Positions 38,301-49,500 of a stretch of 64,000 nt of DNA are shown piece by piece. The notes under the pieces were generated by a model that saw only the letters and a program-made list of their open reading frames with translations, searched no databases and was not told where the DNA came from. The stretch's first letter is position 1, and each line of letters starts with the position of its first letter. The stretch lies in NCBI GenBank assembly GCA_040954595.2, contig CM082595.2:10095918-10159917 (forward strand), given 5' to 3'. The position numbers and the translations under genes are program-made. Source of the DNA: Balanoglossus misakiensis (Eukaryota; Animalia; Hemichordata).

Positions 38301-39926
38301 GCTTTATCCAAGCCATGCCGTAGAAAATCTGACTTGATCACCGTTGCTAACCTACGCTAGTGTCTGTCATATTGTGACGGAGATTTAGCCGAGCCAGGCC
38401 GTAGAAAAATCGACTTGTTCAACGTTGCCAGTGTGCAACTGTTTCTGCTCTAGAGTGTCAGGGTTTTAGCCGACTTATGCTGTAGGAAATCTGAGTTGAT
38501 GAACGTGAATTCAATGTTAGAAAACCCGTGTAGAAAGTATCTCTACCCGTTTGAAACTAAGAAAAGAATTTATTCTTATTTATTTTGTAAAAAAGACAAT
38601 TTTTCGAAAAAAAGTCGAAAAATTGCAATTTTGTCTTGGGTGATTCAAATTATACCGCCTTTGCTGGAATTTGCAGCACTTTTTACAAGAGAACGACACT
38701 TCATGCTCCATAATATTTCCGAAAATGAAGAAAAGGCTTAATTTTTTATGATTTTTCAAAAATTTACCATTTTTGTCAAAATATGGCGAAAATGGCTATT
38801 TTTCTTGAATTCCGTCAATATCTCTGCATTTTTGGAGTGGTCGAGAGTTTTAACATACAATCAACATGTCATATATGATCAGGGCACCAAATTCGAAGAA
38901 CAAAGGTTTTTTTAGTTTTTTTTCTAAAAATGACATTTTCAAGGAAAATTTGGTAAAAAGCAATTTTGTCTGCAGTGAGCCACATTAGACGGTCTTTTGT
39001 GGAATTTGTATCGATATATACATACGAAGAGCATTCTATACTCCATCAGATTTCCGAAAATGTAGAAAACAGGTATTTTTTGTAATTTTCAAAAATTTAC
39101 CATTTTGACCAAATTGTGGCTAAAATTGTTATTTTCGTGTTGAATGCCGCCAGTGTCACTGCTTTTAAAAGTCATAAAAACTTTAAACATACAAGCAATT
39201 GTTTATATATGATCAGGTCACCGAATTAAAAAAATAAAGACTGTTTTGCCTAAAAATGACCTTTTTGGTGCAAAAACGAATAAAACGCAATTTTGTATTA
39301 AATCAGCTCATTCAGAGTGCATTTTTTATAATCAGCACCATTTTTACATATAATGGAAATTTCATACATCATCAGATATCCAAATATGAAAAAATGATTT
39401 AGATTTTAGATGATTGTCCAAAATTAGCTGATATCTAATAAATGTAGTATTGAACCGTTCTGTTCCCCCCCCCCCCCCTACATTATATGCGGTACGCCGA
39501 TGTCAGCTTACCCGGCAGTACTGCAGGCCGTGCCCCCAACTAACGTCGGTGTTTGAAACGCCCTGGTTAAATTCGAGCTTTCTCTATAAATTGACAGGCA
39601 ATAATGCAGTCCTACCCGAACAAATGTCGAGTGTTGACCCGCTGTGACTTTCCCTCTTCGGTTTGCCCGACTTAGCCAACGTCTTTGTACTAGAGTGTCG
39701 GGTCTTTTGCAGAGCCAGGCCGAAGGAAATCCGACTTGACCACCGTTGCTAACGAACGCTAGTGTCTGTCATGGTGTGCCGGGGTTTTAGTCGAGCCAGG
39801 CCGTAGGAGATCTGACTTGATCATCGTGGTCAATGTACGCGTGTTTCCGCTCTAAAGTGCCGGGGCTTCAGCTAAACCAGGCCGTAGGAAATCCGACGTA
39901 ATCACCGTTGATAACTTACGCCAGTC
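35333..39926. repeat. Composite macrosatellite, orientation B
   Basis: Poly-C at ~36439 and 39465. The unit between them is expanded by a 490-bp block present three times. Confidence 0.96.
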
Positions 39927-40122
39927 AATCAATCAATCAATCAATCAAATTTATTTCACTTCAATTTTTTTTACATCGAATGGTGAAAAAGAAAATGTAC
40001 TATTTAAGTGAAAAAGGAGGTAGGAAAAATAGTGCATTCGCACTAGTCAAGTCCATCCCCTCATGGTGAACAGTAGAACACTTGGTTAGTAATACATACA
40101 AAAGGAAGAAATAAAAGTCAAA

Positions 40123-41781
40123 CTATACTTTTCCTAACAAGGATTTCATATGTTTCTTAAATGAAAATGTTGACCTTGTTGAGCGCATATTTTCAGGAAG
40201 TTTATTCCAAACCTTTGCTGCAGTGTACTTTATGGAATGTTGGCCAGCATTACTGTTATATTTCGGAATAAAAAGATCACCTATATCTTTTGATCTGGTA
40301 TGATAAGAGTGTTGAATAGGAACGAAATACTCTGAGAATCCTGGTGGAAGCTTGCCATTAAGAGCATCATGAACAAACAAGGACAGTTGAAGATCACGTT
40401 GCTTGTATACATTCAAAATATGTAACTCATTAAACAATGGTGAAGAGTGTGCAAGACGGTCTGATCCCGCCAATACACGTACAATTCTTTTCTGTGTAAC
40501 AAGTATTGGCCTCAAAAAAGATAAATAAGTATTTCCCCAAGTTTCTATAGCATAGGAAATGTGTGGGAGGATAAAACAATTGTACAATAGTATAAGAATA
40601 TGTCGTGGGACAACATCCCTTAACCTATAAAGAATACCAGTCTTCATACTAATCGTTCTGTTTACATTTCTAATGTGATGTTTCCATGTTAACTTATTGT
40701 CTATTTCTACACCGATATACTTAGTTGTTTGTACTTCGTCTATTGTTACCCCTTTAACATCAATTTCTCCTGTTGTCTCTACTGACACGTTCTTACCTCT
40801 AAAAATAACATATTCAGTTTTCTTTGAGTGTACAGTTAATTTGTTGGCATCACACCAGTTTATAACATTTTTCAATTGTGAATTAACTTCTGAGAGATCT
40901 ATTATATTTCTTGGATTAAATGTATGAAATAGACTGGTATCGTCTGCAAATAGACGCGTGTCAAAATACCTTGCTGCCCCTGCTATATCATTTACATAGA
41001 TGAGAAAAAGTGTTGGACCCAGCACAGAACCTTGTGGAACTCCACAGGATATTTGTAATTCATCTGATCGTACCCCATTTACATTTACATGTTGCCTTCT
41101 GTTGGTCAAATAGCTTCTAAAAAGATTTTTAGGGAGTCCCCTAACACCATAATTGTCCAGTTTGTCTATCAAAATGTCATGATTCGCGGTGTCAAATGCT
41201 TTCTTCAAGTCAAGAAATATCCCGATAACCTTATTTCCCATATCAATTTCGTCCAGAATTTTCTGTGCTAGTTCCACAATTGCCAATTTAGTACTATAAT
41301 TCTCTCTGAAGCCATACTGGTAAGGGTACAGTAAATCAAATTTGTTAAAATAGGAAATAATTTGCTTATTAATAAGTTTTTCAAAAATTTTACTAATTTG
41401 TGGCAATACAGACACTGGTCTAAAATTACCTGGATCAGTCGTCTCTCCTTTTTTGAAGATAGGAGTCACTTTTGCTATTTTTAAGGAATCTGGGAAAATT
41501 CAAGTTGTGATCGTTAAATTGATAATATAACTAAGAGGCTTAGAAATATATAATGCTGCATTGATTAACAATTTTGGGCTAATGTAGTCATAACCCACTG
41601 CCTTCCGCGTATCTAATGCTTGAAGTAATTTAAAAACTTCTTGTTCAGAGGTTCCTTGAAGAAAAAAAGAATGCAATGTACAATGTGATAAGTATGACAA
41701 GTAACTTTTGTTTGAATGAGTTATACTACTAGCAAGAGCCTCTCCAATTTGGACAAAAAACTCATTAAACCCATTGACAAT
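40123..41781 (-). pseudogene. LINE ORF2 reverse-transcriptase part
   Basis: Motifs NFRPVSVLP, QYGFR, FLDLKKAFDT, GVPQGSVLGP, LFADD and KYIGV. An in-frame TGA at 41500-41502 separates the two collinear ORFs. Confidence 0.92.
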
Positions 41782-43015
41782 TCATGGTTCCACAGCTGTC
41801 AATCACACTGAACCCTCAGCCAATCAGAGCCGAGAAAAGTCATGCTGTTCACACAACCGCCATTTTGTCCCACATATAATCAACAACGTGGCCCAGCCTA
41901 CAGTACACGCTCAGGTAGAGATAGACAGACTGGAAGAGTTTTTTCAGTTTTAGGAACTTAATGGTTTTAAAATATCGGCCAGAATAGTGAAGAGATGCGC
42001 CTGGGGGACGTGTAAATCAGATGAAAGGTACCTTGACCCAACATCGAGTATATTTTTTTGTTCCGTTTCCGAAGCCAAAAACGCAAAGAGAGAGGTGTCT
42101 CAGGTGGTGGATATTAACAGTTTGCGTTTAGATTTTAAACTGACACGTCTTCAATATAAATATTTAACCAAGATTTTATTGCTAAAGTGTTTGAAAATTT
42201 TGAAATTCATATGCTGCTTGCAATTTCCATTCGAAAAGTCAATGTTGTTCGACCCGTTATAAAATGTCCGGCGTTGTAAACAATGGGGCCGCCCGCTGTC
42301 AATCCAAGTAACGTTCACGTAGTTTTCTGAATTCGCCGTGTTATCAGTGCTTTCACCCATATTTACCTACCAAAAATATCTTCAGGTGAAGTGATACCTC
42401 TTGTGTCTCTTATTTCGTCTGATTTCACTCAGAAATAGCACGATAAACTTAACCTTCGAGGTCCGTTATTACTAGTACTATAGCCACTGCTACAGCTGAT
42501 CGCGGTTTAATGCCCGTTTGCGTGTGACCCGGGCCGACCGCATAACATGATCTTTCGATCGTTTTAAAATAGTGCTATTTTTTCGCTGAAATGTTTTAAA
42601 TTCACAAAGGAGCTCAATTTCATGGACACTTGGTCTATGTATGTGATAAACATATAATTCCCCCGTATTCCTCACTCGTGTGTCTGCGTCGCGAACTCGA
42701 CATTCCCAGTATAGCCTGCGGCCCGGGGGATACGGCCGCTATCGTCCGCGATGCAGGCACTTTCGTTCGAAATACGGGGGAATTATACCTAATTAAACCC
42801 TTTTCCTGTGACTTCTTGGATAGGTTTTTTAACTCTGGTAGGTAGCATACAGAAATATCGCCAGGAACGTTGCGCAGACTATCGCTGAATGAATCTAGTT
42901 TCCCCATCCACGTTGTGGAGCTATGGAGGTCAAAGTCCCACAAGCTCGAAGCTTGTGGGGCGTAGCAACAGTAACTAAGGGGGGCGTGGCTTATTACCGT
43001 AGGGTGGAACTATGA
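41782..43015 (+). mobile_element. Non-autonomous ISL2EU-like (PIF/Harbinger-related) DNA transposon with THAP remnant
   Basis: 12-bp TIRs TCATGGTTCCAC / GTGGAACTATGA (1 mismatch) and an AT duplication. Removing it restores the LINE frame ...TQCDI|VNGFNEFF. Confidence 0.75.
41984..42110 (+). pseudogene. N-terminal half of a THAP zinc-finger domain
   Basis: VKRCAWGTCKSDERY, then after a frameshift in a T-run FVPFPKPKTQRERCLRW, giving the THAP pattern C-x4-C...FP...W. The start codon appears as ATA. Confidence 0.75.
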
Positions 43016-43503
43016 ATGTCACACTGGGTGATCAGGGTAGTCTGCCGACCAGCTGAAGACATTTGTAAACTACTTGGTAGATTTACATGTTTACCACCAC
43101 CCCTCAAAATATCATTAATAACTTTCCATGTCTTACTAGTATCTGCTTGATAGTATGTAAACTGGTCAGAATAATAATCTTGCTTAGCCTTTTTCAGAAT
43201 ATTTGTAAGCATGTTCCGGTAGCATTTGTATTTTGTAAAGACGTCTGGCCGATAATTAGTTTTTAAGACATTTGAGTAGAGCTTGTGTTTCTGGTCAATT
43301 GATTTTTTTATTCCAGCAGTTATCCATGGTTTCCGTATTTTTCTTTTTGAACTAAGCTTTTTAGAAAGCAGTGGAGCATGCTTATTACAAATATTCGAGA
43401 AAATGGTTAAAAACGAGTCATATGCTGTATTAGCATCAGTACTCTCATACACAGCTGCCCAATTGACACTACTTAACTCATCTTGAAATAAACCTATATT
43501 AAA
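43016..43503 (-). pseudogene. LINE ORF2 linker segment between APE and RT
   Basis: FNIGLFQDELSSVNW...KPWITAGIKKSI...YKCYRN...KTWKVIN, typical of the CR1/L2 ORF2 linker. Confidence 0.88.
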
Positions 43504-46500
43504 ATTAAAGCTGCAAGCAGCATTGTCCGGGCCCAAGCTCTATTATCTGATCTGATGCTAATATAGTGTTAAGTAGGTCAAAGGTCACCCGAGGTCACCC
43601 AACATTTGGGCAAAATATTTTGACCCCATACTGGTCCATGTATAACAAAAACAAAACCTCTAGGTCTATTGGTTCATCTGTAATTAGGTATATGCATATT
43701 TAATGAGGTCAGCAGAGGTCAAAGGGGTCATGAAAAGTAGCAAAATTTTTTGATCACATACAAATCCACATACATCAAAAACCAAACTTATAGCCCTATT
43801 GGTTAGCCTGGAATTAGATATGCAGAAAAATGATGCGTCAAAAGTAGGTCAAAGGTCATTGCCAAAATTACCAAAATATTTATAGGTTATTCTTGTCATA
43901 TGATGATTCATATCCATAAAAAGAATTTCTGTGCTATCAATTTTTAGGCTAGAAAAGGAATTTTTACTTTTTAATCGTTTTTCACAAAATCCAATATGGC
44001 CGCCATAATCTTCGACCAATCACATTCCCCTTCGCAAACTTGATAGACATCTGTTTAATGACCACACACACCAAATCTTGTGACTCGGTTATCGCCCGTT
44101 CTGGAGAAGAAGATTTTTGAAGTTTTACTATGGTTTTTCGAAAATCCAATATGGCCGCCATAATCTTCGACCAATCACAATGATCTTCGCAAACTTGATA
44201 GACATCAGTTAGGTGACCACATACCCCAAACGGCGTGACTCGGTTATCGCCGGTTCTGGAGAAGAAGATTTTTGAAATTTTGACCAGATTTCAGAAAAAC
44301 AACTGTAGCAAAAAAACTGCAACATTGACAGCAAAATATCCAATTACAAAAATGATGGGCAGAGGGTATACTACCAGCACGCCAAATCTGAACTCGATCT
44401 GACTTGTAGTTTCTGAGATCTGAGATTTGCATTTTTTCAGAAAATCCAATATGGCCGCCATGTCACGTGACTAATTAAGTATTCACAAGTCACTGCACAT
44501 CTACTCATTGACCTTGACCACTGTAGCAAGTTTGAGAACTGTACCTGCAGCGGTGTCTGAGATCTAGAGCGCGAAAGAAGTGAACCAAGAATAAAGAAAG
44601 AAAGAAAGATTAAAGCTGCAAGCAGCATTGTCCGGGCCCAAGCTCTATTATCTGATCTGATTATTAGATATGCACATAATTAATGAATACAAACATAATG
44701 CTGTGTTTTATCCCAAGAAATATCAAGGTTATATCTATGTTTGGTGCTGATATAGTGTTAAGTAGGTCAAAGGTCACCCAGGGGTCACCCACAATTTGGG
44801 GAGAATATTTTGACCCATAGTGGTCCATGTCCAACAAAAACCAGACCTCTAGCCCTTTTGGTTAGCCCGGAATTAGGTATGCACATAAATAATGAGTTAA
44901 GCAGGTGTCACAGGTGACCCAAAACTTTGGCTTTTCATTATGGCCCCATATCTCCAAATGCCAAGGCTGTACCTGCTTTGGATGCCGAGATAAGCAAAAG
45001 TAGGTCAAAGGTCATCTGAGGTCACCCAAAATTTGGGCAGAAAATGTTTACCCATAGTGGTCCATGTCCAATAAAAACTAGACCTCTAGCTCTATCGGTT
45101 CGCCTGTAATTAGTTATGCACATAATTAATGAGGTCAGCTGAGGTCACAGGTGACCCAAAACTTTGGCTTTTCATTATGGCCCCATATCTCCAAATGCCA
45201 AGACTGTACCTGCTTTGGATGCAGAGATATGCAAAAGTAGGTCAAAGGTCACCGGAGGTCACCCAACATTTGGGCAAAACATTTTGACCCCATACTGATC
45301 CATGTCCAAGAAAACCCAAACCTTTAGGTCTATTGGTTAATCTGTAATTAGGTATGCGCATATTTAATGAGGTCACCAGAGGTCAAAGGGGTCATGAAAA
45401 GTAGCAAAATTTTTTGATCACATACAAATCCACATACATCAAAAACCAAACTTATAGCCCTATTGGTTAGCCTGGAATTAGATATGCAGAAAAATGATGC
45501 GTCAAAAGTAGGTCAAAGGTCATTGCCAAAATTACCAAAATATTTATAGCTTATTCTTTTCATATGATGATTCATATCCATAAAAAGAATTTCTGTGCTA
45601 TCAATTTTTAGGCTAGAAAAGGAATTTTTACTTTTTAATCGTTTTTCACAAAATCCAATATGGCCGCCATAATCTTCGACCAATCACATTCCCCTTCGCA
45701 AACTTGATAGACATCTGTTTAATGACCACACACACCAAATCTTGTGACTCGGTTATCGCCCGTTCTTGAGAAGAAGATTTTTGAAGTTTTACTATGGTTT
45801 TTCGAAAATCCAATATGGCCGCCATAATCTTCGACCAATCACAATGATCTTCGCAAACTTGATAGACATCAGTTAGGTGACCACATACCCCAAACCGCGT
45901 GACTCAGTTATCACCGGTTCTGGAGAAGAAGATTTTTGAAATTTAAGCCAGATTTCAGAAAAAAAATTGTAGCAAAAAAACTGCAACATTTACAGCAAAA
46001 TATCCAATTACAAAAATGATGGGTAGAAGGTAGACTACCTGCACACCAAATTTGAAGTCGATCTGACTTGTAGTTTCTGAGATCTGAGATTTGCATTTTT
46101 TCAGAAAATCCAATATGGCCGCCAGGTCACGTGACTAATTAAAAATTCAAGGGTTCAATGCACGACTACTCATTGACCTTGACCACTGTAGCAAGTTTCA
46201 GAAGTGTACCTGCAGCGGTGTCTGAGATCTAGAGCGACAAAGAATTGACAGAAGAATAAAGAAAGAAAGAAAGAAAGAAAGAAAGAATTAAAGCTGCAAG
46301 CAGCATTGTCCGGGCCCAAGCTCTATTATCTGATCTGATTATTAGATATGCACATAATTAATGAGTAGAAACATAATGCAGTGTTTTATCCCATGAAATA
46401 TCAAGGTTATATCTATGTTTGGTGCTGATATAGTGTTAAGTAGGTCAAAGGTCACCCAGGGGTCACCCACAATTTGGGCAGAATATTTTGACCCATAGTG

Positions 46501-49500
46501 GTCAATGTCCAACAAAAACCAGACCTCTAGCCCTTTTGGTTAACCCGGAATTAGGTATGCACATAAATAATGCGTAAAGCAGGTGTCACAGGTGACCCCA
46601 CAACTTTGGCTTTTCATTATGGCCCCATACCTCCAAACGCCAAGGTTGTACCTGCTTTGGATGCTGAGATATGCAAAAGTAGGTCAAAGGTCATCTGAGG
46701 TCACCCAAAATTTGGGTAGAAAATTTTGACCCGTAGTGGTCCATGTATAACAAAAACAAAACCTCTAGGTCTATTGGTTCATCTGTAATTAGGTATGTGC
46801 ATATTTAATGAGTAAAGCAGGTGTCACAGGTGACCCAAAACTTTGGCTTTTCATTATGGCCCCATACCTCCAAACGCCAAGGCTGTATCTGGTGTGGATG
46901 TCGAGATATGCAAAAGTAGGTCAAAGGTCACCCGAGGTCATCCAACATTTGGGCAAAATATTTTGACCCCATACTGATCCATGTCCAGAAAAAAACAAAC
47001 CTCTAGGTCATTTGGTTCATCTGTAATTAGGTATGCGCATATTTAATGAGGTCACCAGAGGTCAAAGGGGTCATGAAAAGTAGCAAAAATTTTTGATCAC
47101 ATACAAAACCACATACATCAAAAACCAAACTTATAGCCCTATTGGTTAGCCTGGAATTAGATATGCAGAAAAATGATGCGTCAAAAGTAGGTCAAAGGTC
47201 ATTGCCAAAATTACCAAAATATTTATAGCTTATTCTTGTCATATGATGATTCATATCCATAAAAAGAATTTCTGTGCTATCAATTTTTAGGCTAGAAACA
47301 GAATTTTTACTTTTTAATCGTTGTTCACAAAATCCAATATGGCCGCCAAAATCTTCGACCAATCACAATGATCTTCGCAAACTTGATAGACATCTGTTTA
47401 ATGACCACACACACCAAATCTTGTGACTCGGTTATCGCCGGTTCTTGAGAAGAAGATTTTTGAAATTTTACTAGGGTTTTTCGAAAATCCAATATGGCCG
47501 CCGTAATCTTCGACCAATCACAATGATCTTCGCAAACTTGATAGACCTCAGTTTGGTGACCACATACCCCAAACCGCGTGACTCGGTTATCGCCGGTTCT
47601 GGAGAAGAAGATTTTTGAAATTTTGACCAGATTTCAGAAAAACAACTGTAGCAAAAAAACTGCAACATTGACAGCAAAATATCCAATTACAAAAATGATG
47701 GGTAGAAGGTAGACTACCTGCACACCAAGTTTGAAGTCGATCTGACTTGTAGTTTCTGAGATCTGAGATTTGCATTTTTTCAGAAAATCTAATATGGCCG
47801 CCAGGTCACGTGACTAATTAAAAATTCAAGGGTTCAATGCACATCTACTCATTGACCTTGACCACTGTAGCAAGTTTGAGAAGTGTACCTGCAGTGGTGT
47901 CTGAGATCTAGAGCGACAAAGAATTGACACAAGAATAAAGAAAGAAGAAAGAAGAAAGAAGGAAAGACAGAATTAAAGCTGCAAGCAGCATTGTCCGGGC
48001 CCAAGCTCTATTATCTGATCTGATTATTAGATATGCACATAATTAATGAGTAGAAACATAATGCTGTGTTTTATCCCATGAAATATCAAGGTTATATCTA
48101 TGTTTGGTGTTGATATAGTGTTAAGTAGGTCAAAGGTCATCTGAGGTCACCCAAAATTTGGGCAGAAAATTTTGACCCATAGTGGTCCATGTCCAACAAA
48201 AACCAGACCTCTAGCCCTTTTGGTTAGCCCGGAATTAGGTATGCACATAAATAATGCGTAAAGCAGGTGTCACAGGTGACCCAAAACTTTGGCTTTTCAT
48301 TATGGCCCCAAACCTCCAAATGCCAAGACTATACCTGCTTTGGATGCCGATATATGCAAAAGTAGGTCAAAGGTCATCTGAGGTCATCCAAAATTTGGGC
48401 AGAAAATTTTGACCCATAGTGGTCCATGTCCAACAAAAACCAGACATCTAGCCCTTTTGGTTAGCCCGGAATTAGGTATGCACATAAATAATGAGTAAAG
48501 CAGGTGTCACAGGTGACCCAAAACTTTGGCTTTTCATTATGGCCCCATACCTCCAAACGCCAAGGCTGTATCTGGTTTGGATGTCGAGATATGCAAAAGT
48601 AGGTCAAAGGTCACCCGAGGTCACCCAACATTTGGGCAAAATATTTTGACCCCATACTGGTCCATGTATAACAAAAACAAAACCTCTAAGGTCTATTGGT
48701 TGATCATTAATTAGGTATGCGCATATTTAATGAGGTCACCAGAGGTCAAAGGGGTCATGAAAAGTAGCAAAATTTTTTGATCACATACAAATCCACATAC
48801 ATCAAAAACCAAACTTATAGCCCTATTGGGTAGCCTGGAATTAGATATGCAGAAAAATGATGCGTCAAAAGTAGGTCAAAGGTCATTGCCAAAATTACCA
48901 AAATATTTATAGCTTATTCTTGGCATATGATGATTCATATCCATAAAAAGAATTTCTGTGCTATCAATTTTTAGGCTAGAAAGGGAATTTTTACTTTTTA
49001 ATTGTTTTTCACAAAATCCAATATGGCCGCCATAATCTTCGACCAATTACATTCTTCTTCGCAAATTTGATAGACATCTGTTTAATGACCACACACACCA
49101 AATCTTGTGACTCAGTTATCGCCGGTTCTTGAGAAGAAGATTTTTGAAATTTTACTAGGGTTTTACGAAAATCCAATATGGCCGCCATAATCTTCGACCA
49201 ATCACAATGATCTTCGCAAACTTGATAGACATCAGTTAGGTGACCACATACCCAAAACCCCGTGTCTTGGTTTTCACTGGTTCTGGAGAAGAAGATTTTT
49301 AAAATTTATGCCAGATTTCAGAAAAAAAATTGTAGCAAAAAACTGCAACTTTGTCAGCATAATTTCTAATTACAAAAATGATGGGCAGAAGGTAGTCTAC
49401 CAGCTTGCCAAATTTGAAGTCGATCTGACTTGTAGTTTCTGAGATCTGAGATTTGCATTTTTTCAGAAAATCCAAGATGGCCGCCAGGTCACGTGACTAA

